From NCBI GenBank assembly GCA_017473945.1, contig JAFUIW010000122.1, positions 10,540 to 74,539 on the forward strand: a stretch of DNA of 64,000 nucleotides, written 5' to 3'. A program made the translations under genes and the position numbers. The notes under the pieces were generated by a model. That model searched no databases. It was not told the DNA's origin and saw only the letters and a list, made by a program, of their open reading frames with translations. Positions within the stretch are counted from its first letter, which is position 1. Each line of letters starts with the position of its first letter. Shown here in pieces: positions 1 through 10,270 of this stretch. The DNA is from Methanobrevibacter sp. (GTDB lineage Archaea; Methanobacteriota; Methanobacteria; Methanobacteriales; Methanobacteriaceae).

Positions 1-388
1 AAAGTTCTTCAGGAGGTGTGCGTCTGAAACGCGCAATCATTTCCTCTTTAGTCTCTTCATCCTTGAATTTCTTGTTTGCATCAGCATCGGTGATTCTTAA
101 TGCCTCGCCAGTGTCCTGATTGTAGAATGTTGCTGCAAATTTACCATAATACATCTGTTTTAATGTTCTTTTACCCATGGAACAACCGGTAACTGACTGA
201 ACTGCATCGGACATGCACCTGTCGATTTCAAGAAATACAATCAAGTTTTTATGCCTTTCATTTAACGGCATTCCAAGAAGTTCAAGCCCATACATTGCAA
301 GCTTTGTACCTATTGCAATTCCACCACAGATATGTCCATGAAAATCACGTGCCTTTGCCAATTGTTCATCATAATCCTTTTCATTCAT
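1..388 (-). CDS. FmdE/FwdE-family domain protein (3' end cut by window edge)
   Basis: Own translation from ATG at 386-388 (minus): MNEKDYDEQLAKARDFHGHICGGIAIGTKLAMYGLELLG... It carries the FHGHxCxG motif typical of the formylmethanofuran dehydrogenase subunit E family. It is absent from the ORF track because there is no stop in the window. It starts 9 nt after the ABC ATPase stop. Confidence 0.7.
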   Translation of the reverse strand, partial: MNEKDYDEQLAKARDFHGHICGGIAIGTKLAMYGLELLGMPLNERHKNLIVFLEIDRCMSDAVQSVTGCSMGKRTLKQMYYGKFAATFYNQDTGEALRITDADANKKFKDEETKEEMIARFRRTPPEEL

Positions 389-397
389 CTTAACACC

Positions 398-1201
398 TCA
401 TAAATCTAATTTCAAATTTGTTTTCATAGGTACGCAGACCTTTCTGCCGTCACCCAATTTTATCAGCTCAACATCAATCGAATAAGCTTTTTTCAAGTTT
501 TCCTCATTTACAACATCATCAGGAGTTCCAAAATCAATGAATTTCTTATCTTTCATGATAGCCACTTTTGTTGAGCTCAAGAATGCATGATCCGGAAAGT
601 GTGAAGACATTATAATTGCCAAACCGCTTTTGGAGAGATTGTCGATAATTTCCAAAAGCTTTATCTGATTACCGAAATCCAAATGGGAAGTCGGCTCATC
701 CAATATTAATATATCCGGTTTTTGACATAATACTCTTGCTAAAAATACAAGCTGCCTTTCCCCTCCACTTAAATTTGTGTATTCCTTGTCTTTGAGATAT
801 TCAATTCCCAAAGTCTTCAATGCCTCTGAAGCTATTTCAACATCTTCCGCTTTAGGGGAATCAGTTAAATTAAGGTAAGGAGCTCTTCCCATCAAAACCA
901 CATCAAACACCTTGAAAGGAAATGACGGAACGTGAGATTGGGGAATGTAGCCGACATGTCTTGAAATCTCCTTGAATGACAGTTTTTTAATGTTTTTGCC
1001 GTTGATTAAAATGTCTCCAGAGTCAATGCCATGCAATCCGTTAAGGCATTTTATCAGGGTTGTCTTTCCTGTTCCATTAGGTCCCAAAATACATAAGACA
1101 TCCCCTTTATCAATAGAAAAGCTTATATTGTTGAATATTTCCTCACCATCATAGGAAAATGAAATATTTTTGACTTCAAACAATTTCGTATTTACGACCA
1201 T
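398..1201 (-). CDS. ABC transporter ATP-binding protein (FepC/BtuD-type iron-chelate/cobalamin importer)
   Basis: 267 aa. Walker A GPNGTGKTT, ABC signature LSGGERQ, Walker B ILILDEPTSHLD. Overlaps the permease stop by 10 nt. Confidence 0.9.
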   Translation of the reverse strand: MVVNTKLFEVKNISFSYDGEEIFNNISFSIDKGDVLCILGPNGTGKTTLIKCLNGLHGIDSGDILINGKNIKKLSFKEISRHVGYIPQSHVPSFPFKVFDVVLMGRAPYLNLTDSPKAEDVEIASEALKTLGIEYLKDKEYTNLSGGERQLVFLARVLCQKPDILILDEPTSHLDFGNQIKLLEIIDNLSKSGLAIIMSSHFPDHAFLSSTKVAIMKDKKFIDFGTPDDVVNEENLKKAYSIDVELIKLGDGRKVCVPMKTNLKLDL

Positions 1202-2205
1202 TCTGAATAACCCCTTTTAAGCAAGTATAAAAATATCGGAACTCCAATTATCGCAGTCAATATCCCTATTGGAATTTCAATGGCAATAACAGCTCGAGAA
1301 ATGTTATCAATCAATAATAAGAAACTTGCACCCAAACTAAGTGATGCTGGAAGTAGAATCCTGTTGTCCGGACCTACAATCATACGTGCCATGTGCGGAA
1401 TGATTAAACCTACCCAACCGACAATGCCACTTATTGAAACCGCAGCAGAGGTAAGCAATGTGCATCCTGCAATTATGAGCAATCTGATTCTTGACGGATT
1501 CAATCCTAAAGATTGGGCCTCCTCATCACCCATTGCAAGCAGATTCATGTGCCATCTGAGCATCAACAAAATGATTAATCCCATAATTACAGGAACAGCA
1601 ATCATAAGCAGCTCATCCATATTTATGGAAGCAAGACTGCCCATCAGCCAGTATACGATTTCAGGCAACTTGTCATCGGGATCGGCTATGAATTTAATAG
1701 CTGAAATCAATGAATTGAAAAATGCAGATATTGCCACCCCTGATAAAACCAGAACCAATATTCCTCCCGCTTTATAAGTTTTTGAAATCAAATATGTAAT
1801 TGATACTGAAATCAACCCGAAAATGAAAGCGAATATCTGAGTAACCACATTTGCACCGCTGATTAAAATTGCCAATGCTGCACCGAAACCTGCACCGTTA
1901 GAAACTCCAAGCAAATCAGAGGAAACCAACGGGTTTTTAAATATTGACTGGAATGCCGCACCTGAAATGGCCAGACATGCACCTACAACAATAGCCCCGA
2001 TTATTCTAGGAAGTCTGATTTCAAAAACTATAGTTGTAATTGTTGGCGAAACTTCAAGTTGCGGAAAAATCGGACATAAAATAGTCTTTATTACATCAAT
2101 TGGGCTGATTGGATATCTTCCAAGTAAAAATGAAGCGAAAAATAAAACAATAGGAAAAAAGATTAAAAGTATGATACTTATAATCTCTTTTGTTTCCTTA
2201 TCCAT
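1192..2205 (-). CDS. FecCD/BtuC-family ABC transporter permease
   Basis: 337 aa polytopic membrane protein with FecCD-like conserved stretches (LLGVSNGAGFGA, GIVGWVGLIIPH). Operonic with the ATPase and binding protein. Confidence 0.9.
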   Translation of the reverse strand: MDKETKEIISIILLIFFPIVLFFASFLLGRYPISPIDVIKTILCPIFPQLEVSPTITTIVFEIRLPRIIGAIVVGACLAISGAAFQSIFKNPLVSSDLLGVSNGAGFGAALAILISGANVVTQIFAFIFGLISVSITYLISKTYKAGGILVLVLSGVAISAFFNSLISAIKFIADPDDKLPEIVYWLMGSLASINMDELLMIAVPVIMGLIILLMLRWHMNLLAMGDEEAQSLGLNPSRIRLLIIAGCTLLTSAAVSISGIVGWVGLIIPHMARMIVGPDNRILLPASLSLGASFLLLIDNISRAVIAIEIPIGILTAIIGVPIFLYLLKRGYSEWS

Positions 2206-2214
2206 AGAATTCCC

Positions 2215-3321
2215 CTATAAGTTTGATTCCTTAAGTCCTGAATCCAATAACAGCTGTTTAGCATCACTGTCACTTAAGTCAATGTGATAGAAGTCAGTGT
2301 AAAATTCCTGAGTAGCTCCTACCATGTCAATGTCTTTGTATTGATCAGGATAAATTACCTTAGCTGTCCAAGGAACGCCAATAATCATGTTAGCTCCAAC
2401 AGGCCTGTCAAACCATTTGAACGGGGACTGTGGAGACAGGTATACCTCATGATTTTTAACAGCATCTATTTTTCCCCAGTTTGAATCTGAATAGACACTT
2501 GCATAAAACTCAGGGTCAGTTGTAATGATTACCTCAGGATTCCAGCTAATCACCTGCTCCATTGACACCTGAACGCCATTTGTTGTATTTCCTTGACCTG
2601 TCGCATCAGCGACATTGACACCACCAACCAAATCAATCAGCTGCCCATGTGTGGAGTGTGAAGGATTTGTCTGAAGTCCGTCATCACCCTGAGCATAGTA
2701 AACAGTTTTTTTATTACTGTCAGACAATTTTGATGATTTGTCATGAACAATATCAAGATACTTGTTATTGAAGTCATTTAACTTATTAGCATTGTCTTCA
2801 GCACCAACGACCTCACCCATAAAGAGTATTGATTCACCAATCTTTTCAATGTTTGTTGTATCCCTAACTGCAATTACCGGAATTGTTCCAAACTTTTCCT
2901 GACGTTCCTTGACTGTGGAGGCATCGCCGTCACCGCCCTCATCAATTGATTCTATGATGACATCAGGTTCTGTGGCTATGAATTCCTCATAGCTTCCGTC
3001 CTGTGTACCATACCAGCCACCTACATTAGGATAATTTGCATATTGACTAGGAACATACTTCAATTCATCGTCAGTCCACTGGAAATTAACCGCCTTGAGT
3101 TTATCAGGTGCAATCATGTACAAGACAGTAGTCATTGGAGGACTTGTTGCCACAACATTGCTAACAGAATTCGGAACTTCCACAGTCCTATTAATCATAT
3201 CAGTACTATTTTTAGAACCTTGACTTTCTACAGTCGAAGGAGATAAAAACAGGTGTGTAGCTATTCCTGCTACGACCAAAACAATCAACAACAGTATTAT
3301 TACTTTAATTTTCTTTTCCAT
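2215..3321 (-). CDS. ABC transporter substrate-binding protein (iron-siderophore/cobalamin class)
   Basis: The ORF runs to 3363, but ATG at 3321 (MEKKIKVIILLLIVLVVAGIA) gives a signal/anchor helix preceded by a G-rich SD. Position in the FecCD operon fits. Confidence 0.8.
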   Translation of the reverse strand: MEKKIKVIILLLIVLVVAGIATHLFLSPSTVESQGSKNSTDMINRTVEVPNSVSNVVATSPPMTTVLYMIAPDKLKAVNFQWTDDELKYVPSQYANYPNVGGWYGTQDGSYEEFIATEPDVIIESIDEGGDGDASTVKERQEKFGTIPVIAVRDTTNIEKIGESILFMGEVVGAEDNANKLNDFNNKYLDIVHDKSSKLSDSNKKTVYYAQGDDGLQTNPSHSTHGQLIDLVGGVNVADATGQGNTTNGVQVSMEQVISWNPEVIITTDPEFYASVYSDSNWGKIDAVKNHEVYLSPQSPFKWFDRPVGANMIIGVPWTAKVIYPDQYKDIDMVGATQEFYTDFYHIDLSDSDAKQLLLDSGLKESNL

Positions 3322-3646
3322 TATAAAACCCCAAACGAAATATCGATAAGAATATATATTCATTAAGTTATTAAATAATTTTTCTAAAATTTGATAGTTT
3401 AATATAAATAGGAATTTACTATGATAAATAGATATTTGAAAAAAATTATCATTTTATTATCCATAATAAATAAGTTAAATAATGATTTTAAAGTTAAAAG
3501 AAAATTTTAACGTAATGATTTTAATTACTAAAGATGAAAAATAATGATTAAATATTATAAATTAACGCTGGAATTTCAAACGATATGTGAATTAATACGT
3601 ATGGCGCTGAAAAAGATATATAACAGTCATAAACTAAAATAGTATT

Positions 3647-4048
3647 ATGAAGATGCCTGAAGAACTAGATTCAAAATTACTTGCCCCATGCGGAATAAAT
3701 TGCATAATCTGTGAAAGATATCAAAATCCCTGTGCAGGATGTTTAATCAGCAATGACGGTAAAAGCAAGGCCAGTTTAAAATGCAAGATAAAAACCTGTT
3801 TTGATTCTAAGAATTTCAGCTATTGTGGACGCTGCAGCGAGTTTCCATGTCCACTAATGAAAAAGCACTCAAAAAAATATGTCAAAAGGCATGACTTGAA
3901 TACATTGGATAGTGCTAAAAGAATAAAGACCACAGGTATCGGACGCATGATGAGCCAAGACCGTGAAAGATGGTTATGTCCTGAATGTGGTGGAGTTGTA
4001 AAATTCCAAACAAAAGCCTGTAGCGAGTGCGGTTTCAAGATTGATTAA
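3647..4048 (+). CDS. Cys-rich DUF3795-like protein
   Basis: 133 aa with an N-terminal CGINCIICERY...CAGC pattern and a C-terminal CPECGG...CSECG zinc-ribbon-like pair. Confidence 0.55.
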   Translation: MKMPEELDSKLLAPCGINCIICERYQNPCAGCLISNDGKSKASLKCKIKTCFDSKNFSYCGRCSEFPCPLMKKHSKKYVKRHDLNTLDSAKRIKTTGIGRMMSQDRERWLCPECGGVVKFQTKACSECGFKID

Positions 4049-4211
4049 ATGAAAAATTTGACCGATAATTTTGATAGTTATAATCCAAACCTACCATTTA
4101 AACAAAGCCAACACTAACATAAATATATCTTGTTTTAAAAATAAACCTAATAAATCTAGAAATTAATATGAAAAAATTAAAAAAAGAATAAATATGTAAA
4201 AAACATATTTA

Positions 4212-7200
4212 TCAAACTGGAATTTCACTTTGTGGAACTTCATATATTGAAGTGATTTTGAAAGTTCTGTATGTGGAATCAAGCAAAGATCCAACAGAAA
4301 TTTCAATGACATTATCTGCATCATTGTAGTTATTTGCATTGAATGCAAATGAACCTACGCCATTTACCACATTAAAGTTTACTTCAATTTCTTTAGCTGT
4401 CCCCCTGTTTAGTGTTGCATACATATCAAATTCAGGGAGGTTTGATGCAATTTCCCCATTTTTATAAAATTCAATACTGTACTTTCCAGAAGCATTGTAG
4501 GTCAAATTATCGAACTTGATTGCAGTAGTGCTGATTCTAGGACACATTGTTCCATATCCTACAACTCCAGTGTCGTAATCCCATGTTACAAGTGTATTTG
4601 TACCATACCAGTTTGGATCCAATTTAAGTCTTAAGGACTCATTCCATTGGCCAGGACCATAGATTCCTTCAGGATTAGCACTCATTTCACCTAAAATCAT
4701 CATACTTGGACCAACTGCATTTCTGTAGATTGCATTATCTGTTACAATCGGTTCAACAGCATTTTGAGCCAAATCATATCCTGCATTGAACCTGATTCCT
4801 TCAAGTACATTGTCGGTTATGGTGTTTTGAGTAATTACAATTCCGGTTGAGTAGTTTGCATCAAGGGAAACACCCAAGTGATTATTAGCTATGTGATTGT
4901 TATTTATTGTCACATTTACAGCAGAATTATTTAAGAATATTCCATATCCAGTTGGACCTTCCGGAACAGTCATGATGTACAAACCTGTTTGATGTGAAAT
5001 TTCATTGTTTACAATTTTAGTGTCTGCAACTCCAAATCCATATTTGACACCGTAGTTATTTTCTCTTAATGTGTTGTTGTCAATGAGTAAATCTGAAGAA
5101 TGTTCTGCGAAAATACCGCTTTCAAACAATGATATTTCATTTCCATACATCAATATTCCTGATGAATTTGAAATAGATATTCCGTATCCCGGCAAATTAA
5201 CGCTTCCATCAACATAGCTCTCGATTTTAGATTCATTCAAATGATTGACAATTGAATTATTGATCATATTTACATTATTTGAGTTAACAATGTCCACAGC
5301 ATCACTTGAATTTCCACAAATAATGAAATTAGTAATTGACACAGTATCTGCAACTATTTTTAATGTAGTACTATTTTTAGGAGCATTTAAAATTGTTCCA
5401 TCCTTAGAATAAATATTCAATCCTTGATTGATTGTTAATGAAATATCAAAGTAATAATCTCCTAAAAATTCAACATTAGACCAAACTGGCGCATTATCTA
5501 AAATATTTTGGATTTCTGAATTTGGCAATCCATCATCGACAAAAATTACTCCAGTCTCATCCAATATAGTAATTTTGCTTGTTGAAGAGCTTTCCTTATA
5601 CTTATCACTACCAGAATAATTGATGGTAATTTCAACAGATGATGGAACATTATTTTCAATATCCAATTTAATTTGACCATTCTCATCAGTTGTTTTAGAA
5701 TAATCTTCTCCACCAATAGCACAGGTTAATGTTTGATTAGCCAATGGATTCCCGGAAGCATCCTTAAGGAATATCCTATAATCCTTTTGTGAATCCCTGG
5801 AAAATGTCCTGTCATAACTTTCAATAGCAGTTTCCAATTTGGCAACATTTATTTTACCAGTAGCTTTTGAAGATTTATAGTAAGTATTTCCTGCATAATT
5901 TACATTAACACTATATGATTTTTCATCAGCAAATTTAACACTTACACTAGCTTGTCCTTTACTGTCAGTGGTTTTTGTGTAAGTTTTCCCGTTTACTTTA
6001 ATTGTTAATTTCTGTTTTGACAATGCTTTATTGTTTGCTTTCAATGTTACAGCGTATGTTTTTGCATCGTTTGGAAGAATTGAAACTGCAGGGGCAGTGA
6101 TTTTAGTAGTGATTTTAGCTACAATTATTTTGCCGATTGCTGATGCTTTCTTATAGATTTTACTTCCGGTGTAAGATGCAGAAACCTTATAAGTTTTTAA
6201 ACCAGAGAATTTTACCTTAATGTTCACCTGACCTTTTGAATTGGTCTTTTTATTGTATGTTTTTCCATTGATTTTGACTGTAACTTTTTGTTTAGAAATA
6301 CCTTTTCCGTTTCCATCTTTCAATGTAACAGCGTATGATTTAGATGTCTTTGGAGGAATTGTAATTTTAGGAGCAGTCAATTTAGCAATTTTGGATGAAT
6401 ATTTAACAATGATTTTGTTAGTTTTTGAAACCGCCTTGTATTGATTGGTTCCTTTAAAACTAATGGATATTTTATAGGTTTTTTTATTTTGAGAGAATTT
6501 TAACTGAACTTTTGCCACTCCTTTGCTGTTGGTTGTTTTTGTGCAAGTTTTACCGTTTACCTTAAATGTTACTTTTTGATTAGCAATGACATTGCCAGAA
6601 GCATCTTTTAGAGTTATTGAGTAATATTCTGCCATTTTTGGAATCATATTTATATTTGAGCTCACGATTTTTGCAGCAGTTTTCTTAACGACAACCTTTG
6701 CCTGTGCGCTGCTTGCTTCATAGTCAACTTCATCTCCAGAATAAACAGCATCAGCAGCATAGGTGCCCTCTTTTGAAATTGAAACTTTAAATATTGCATT
6801 ACCTTCCCCATCAGTTTCCTGCAAGTAGGTTACTGAGTTGAGTTTGAGTGTTACTGTTTCACCAACTACAGCATTTCCGTTGCTGTCTTTTAAACTAACA
6901 ACAAATTGTTGCTTTGAGTTAGGATAAGTGTTTAAGTTGGAAACAGATAATGTAGTATTTGTAGGTGTTCCCGGAATGGATGCATCATCAACTGCAAAAG
7001 TCTTGGATACCTTATCGTCAAAGTTAACACCATTTGTTGGAAGAACTGCTGTAATTACATTTCCATTTTCTGAAAATTCGTTTTGATAGAACCTTGCTGT
7101 TGCAGTACCGTTGACCATCATAACAGTTTTATAGATGTCTCCATCATCAGGTTTTACATGTTTTGTAGCCTTATTCAAGTAGAAAGTTACAGGAACAGAA

Positions 7201-8567
7201 CTCAGATCCTTTGCAATGTATCCGTTTTCATCAACGATTGAAATGGAATAGATTCCTTTCTTGACTTGTGTGATTTCACTTAACTGAAGCTCATAGTTAC
7301 CGCTCATGGACCATTGTACACCCTTGTCATATGTATAAAAGATTACAGGACAGTTTACATTTTTATTGATTTCAAATACATATCTTAAGAAAACAGCACC
7401 TTTGTTTGATACGTAATCTCCTTTCCCATCACCTACATATTTGTAAACGTCATTTGCTGAATCATATGCAAAATCACCTTTATTTGTACCCTTATAATCA
7501 TAGGTAATGCGGTAAACCGGTCTTTCTTCCTGAGCTCCTTCTAAACCCACCATATAATTGTTGTCAATGATTTCCAAGTCAGGATATCCGATTTTTAATT
7601 TGGAATTGACTAAATTCTTAACCCTATAATCATTCAGAACTTCATACATTTTATTCTGATTGAAGAAATTGCCTTTAATTTCAATTCGGGTAACATTGCA
7701 GTTAACATAGACTCCATGATAGTTGTTTGCTATATAGTTGCTTAAAATGTAGACATAGTTAGAAGAGGTCAGATTTACCCCAACACCATTGTTTGTAAGG
7801 TTATTGAAGACAATATTAGTATTTTTACTGGAACCTGATAGTGAAACCCCTGCGATTTCATTGTTTTTAATGTCTGAATTTTTAACTACCACATTACTGG
7901 AATCCTTAATATTCACTCCATAAACCGCATCGGCAATGCTACAATCCTCAATGGTTACTCCGTTGGCATTTTGTATCCTAATTGCATCTGCAACGCCAAT
8001 ATTGGAAAATGTACAGTTTCTGATTATCACATTTGAAGCTCCATTAATCAGGATAGCATAATCCCCACTGTTGTATAACATGCCATCTCCGATGAAGTTG
8101 AATCCATAAATAACTGTACTGCTGGCCTTTGAAGTCAAATAAAATATCCCATGATATCCAGAATCGGCTGAACTGGAACACGGACTTAGAGAAGTTCCAA
8201 CTTCACTTTTTATGACCAATTTTTTATCTATGGTCCTGTGAACATGTGCATATTCATTACCGTTAATGATAATGGTATCCCCGTCACTTGCACCGTCTAA
8301 TGCCTGTTTGATTGTTTTATCATCCATTTCATTATGATTTTCGCCAGCAACATCAACAGTTGTTGTCTTTGGAGATGCTCCCAACACATTTTCATCAATT
8401 GAAATACTTAAAGCATCATCAGCTATACTACTTAGCATATCGTTAGATGAATCTACAGTTAAATTATTATTATCAAGATTATTATCCTCAGTAGCTACAA
8501 CAGAACCCATAAAAATCATTACAACTAATAAAAAAGATAATAACACTAAAACTCTCTCAAATTTCAT
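4212..8567 (-). CDS. adhesin-like surface protein (ALP), parallel beta-helix plus tandem Ig-like modules
   Basis: 1451 aa. Signal peptide MKFERVLVLLSFLLVVMIFMGSVVA. Two blocks of NosD/pectate-lyase-like beta-helix repeats (N-rich I.NN..G periodicity). Central tandem Ig-like modules with a KVNGKTY.KTT.SKG core. Confidence 0.85.
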   Translation of the reverse strand: MKFERVLVLLSFLLVVMIFMGSVVATEDNNLDNNNLTVDSSNDMLSSIADDALSISIDENVLGASPKTTTVDVAGENHNEMDDKTIKQALDGASDGDTIIINGNEYAHVHRTIDKKLVIKSEVGTSLSPCSSSADSGYHGIFYLTSKASSTVIYGFNFIGDGMLYNSGDYAILINGASNVIIRNCTFSNIGVADAIRIQNANGVTIEDCSIADAVYGVNIKDSSNVVVKNSDIKNNEIAGVSLSGSSKNTNIVFNNLTNNGVGVNLTSSNYVYILSNYIANNYHGVYVNCNVTRIEIKGNFFNQNKMYEVLNDYRVKNLVNSKLKIGYPDLEIIDNNYMVGLEGAQEERPVYRITYDYKGTNKGDFAYDSANDVYKYVGDGKGDYVSNKGAVFLRYVFEINKNVNCPVIFYTYDKGVQWSMSGNYELQLSEITQVKKGIYSISIVDENGYIAKDLSSVPVTFYLNKATKHVKPDDGDIYKTVMMVNGTATARFYQNEFSENGNVITAVLPTNGVNFDDKVSKTFAVDDASIPGTPTNTTLSVSNLNTYPNSKQQFVVSLKDSNGNAVVGETVTLKLNSVTYLQETDGEGNAIFKVSISKEGTYAADAVYSGDEVDYEASSAQAKVVVKKTAAKIVSSNINMIPKMAEYYSITLKDASGNVIANQKVTFKVNGKTCTKTTNSKGVAKVQLKFSQNKKTYKISISFKGTNQYKAVSKTNKIIVKYSSKIAKLTAPKITIPPKTSKSYAVTLKDGNGKGISKQKVTVKINGKTYNKKTNSKGQVNIKVKFSGLKTYKVSASYTGSKIYKKASAIGKIIVAKITTKITAPAVSILPNDAKTYAVTLKANNKALSKQKLTIKVNGKTYTKTTDSKGQASVSVKFADEKSYSVNVNYAGNTYYKSSKATGKINVAKLETAIESYDRTFSRDSQKDYRIFLKDASGNPLANQTLTCAIGGEDYSKTTDENGQIKLDIENNVPSSVEITINYSGSDKYKESSSTSKITILDETGVIFVDDGLPNSEIQNILDNAPVWSNVEFLGDYYFDISLTINQGLNIYSKDGTILNAPKNSTTLKIVADTVSITNFIICGNSSDAVDIVNSNNVNMINNSIVNHLNESKIESYVDGSVNLPGYGISISNSSGILMYGNEISLFESGIFAEHSSDLLIDNNTLRENNYGVKYGFGVADTKIVNNEISHQTGLYIMTVPEGPTGYGIFLNNSAVNVTINNNHIANNHLGVSLDANYSTGIVITQNTITDNVLEGIRFNAGYDLAQNAVEPIVTDNAIYRNAVGPSMMILGEMSANPEGIYGPGQWNESLRLKLDPNWYGTNTLVTWDYDTGVVGYGTMCPRISTTAIKFDNLTYNASGKYSIEFYKNGEIASNLPEFDMYATLNRGTAKEIEVNFNVVNGVGSFAFNANNYNDADNVIEISVGSLLDSTYRTFKITSIYEVPQSEIPV
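5600..6960 (-). repeat. in-frame tandem repeats of about 88 codons (5-6 Ig-like modules) inside the ALP gene
   Basis: Repeated protein blocks: VTFKVNGKTCTKTTNSKGVAKV / VTVKINGKTYNKKTNSKGQVNI / LTIKVNGKTYTKTTDSKGQASV and others. Boundaries are approximate. Confidence 0.7.
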
Positions 8568-8750
8568 ATTTTTACCACAATTTTATTTTATAACAATTGA
8601 CATAATATCAATATGTAAATATATACTATCACTATAATTAATATATTTCTATTATTTTATAAAAAAATAACTAAATTATAAATTAAACCTATAATGAATT
8701 GAAGTAAACTACATATAGCGATTGCAATAAATAATTAAACATGCAAATTT

Positions 8751-10247
8751 ATGGGGGATTTGATTATTAAGACAAAAATAATGATTTTAAGCACATCAAT
8801 GCTCATTTTAATATCCATTTCTTGCGTTAATGCTACACAAATTAATGCAACAGAATCGGTTTCACATATATCCGATGATTCACTTTTAAATATTGATTCC
8901 AATGATTTTTCAAGTTTAAACAATGAAATAAATGCATCATCACAAAGTAAAGTATTGAACCTGACAAAGGACTATGCCTACAACTCACAAAAAGATCAGA
9001 AATTTTCTGATGGAATCAACATTGAAATTGATGATTTAATTATTGACGGACAGGGACATTCCATAAACGCCAATAAAGAAGCTAGAATTTTTAACATTAA
9101 GTCAAATAATGTTACCCTGAAGAATCTAGTGTTAATTAATGGAAATTCAGATTCAATGGGAGCATCAATTTATTGGAGTGGTGAAAACGGACAGGTCATC
9201 AATACAATTATAAAAAACAGCACTTCCATAAATTTAAAAAATACAAACACACTCAATATTGGCGGAGCAATATACTTTGAAAAACCCGCTACCATGATTA
9301 ATTCTAAATTTACAGACAATTATGCAACTTTTGGAGGAGCAGTTAATTTTGAAAGCAATGGAGTTATAAAAAACTGTGAATTTGAAAATAACTTTGCAAA
9401 ACTTCTTGGAGGAGGAGTGTTTTGTAATGGTGATGTCACTATCAACAATTCAACATTTACTCAAAATGAAGCATCGGATGGAGGGGCAGTTTGTATCTTC
9501 TCAAAAGGAATCGTTGAAAACACAATATTTGAGAGAAATATTGCCATTGGTTATGGGGGAGCCATCGAAAATGAAAATACAATTACAATAAAAAATTCAT
9601 CATTCATCAAAAATATTGGAGCATATGCCGGCGCAATCTATTTTAAAGGAGATGGAATCCTTGAAAATTCAATATTAACTGAAAATTCTGCAAAAATTGG
9701 TGGTGCAATATATTCAGCTACTTATGATGCTTCAACTAAAAATTGTGAATTCAACCATAATGATGCTGAGCAAGGAAAATCCCTCTTTATTTCAAACAAA
9801 TATATGCAAATTGAAAACTGCACATTCAACAATAACATATCCTATTTTGAATCTGAAATTTATATGGAATGCAACAATCCAACATTGACCAATTTAACCT
9901 ACAACAACATCACTAAAAAAACAGCTGTTGAAAATGCTACAAAAACCGTTACTACTAAAGTGACTAAGAAAAAAACTGCAATTACTGCCACATCAAAGAC
10001 ATTCAAGTTAAAAAATGTTAAAAAATACACAGTTACTTTAAAAACTGGAAAAAAGATTTTAAAAAATAAAAAAATATTCCTTAAATTAAAAAACAAAACA
10101 TACAGTGGAAAAACTAATTCAAAAGGAAAAGTTACATTTAAACTTAAAATTACAAAAAAAGGAACATTTAAAGCAACAATTAACTTTTATGGAGATAAAC
10201 TGTACAAAGTATCTAAAAAGACAGTTTATATAAAAATTAAAAAATAA
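8751..10247 (+). CDS. adhesin-like surface protein with PMP-type (GGAIY) repeats and Lys-rich C-terminal Ig-like module
   Basis: 498 aa. Signal peptide ...IMILSTSMLILISISCVNA. Repeats GGAIYF / GGAVNF / GGGVFC / GGAVCIF / GGAIEN. C-terminus KIFLKLKNKTYSGKTNSKGKVTFKL...IKIKK. Confidence 0.85.
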   Translation: MGDLIIKTKIMILSTSMLILISISCVNATQINATESVSHISDDSLLNIDSNDFSSLNNEINASSQSKVLNLTKDYAYNSQKDQKFSDGINIEIDDLIIDGQGHSINANKEARIFNIKSNNVTLKNLVLINGNSDSMGASIYWSGENGQVINTIIKNSTSINLKNTNTLNIGGAIYFEKPATMINSKFTDNYATFGGAVNFESNGVIKNCEFENNFAKLLGGGVFCNGDVTINNSTFTQNEASDGGAVCIFSKGIVENTIFERNIAIGYGGAIENENTITIKNSSFIKNIGAYAGAIYFKGDGILENSILTENSAKIGGAIYSATYDASTKNCEFNHNDAEQGKSLFISNKYMQIENCTFNNNISYFESEIYMECNNPTLTNLTYNNITKKTAVENATKTVTTKVTKKKTAITATSKTFKLKNVKKYTVTLKTGKKILKNKKIFLKLKNKTYSGKTNSKGKVTFKLKITKKGTFKATINFYGDKLYKVSKKTVYIKIKK

Positions 10248-10270
10248 TGATATTATTTATCCTTTTAATT

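Noticed and set aside
1280-1777. 165-aa plus-strand ORF, together with similar ones at 972..1154 and 1967..2287.
   Set aside because: It is antisense to the well-supported FecCD permease and ABC ATPase genes. The low-complexity hydrophobic translation is typical of shadow ORFs in AT-rich DNA.
3364-3646. A search for iron boxes upstream of the ABC importer operon.
   Set aside because: No TTTAGG-N4-CCTAAA or IdeR-like palindrome is present. Only a weak ATAGGAATTTACTAT motif was seen, so no claim of iron regulation is made for this operon.
10248-10270. The 23-bp gap between convergent ALP genes as a special regulatory element.
   Set aside because: It is too short and featureless (AT-rich, no hairpin). 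It probably just means overlapping 3' ends or termination at T-tracts inside the neighbouring gene.
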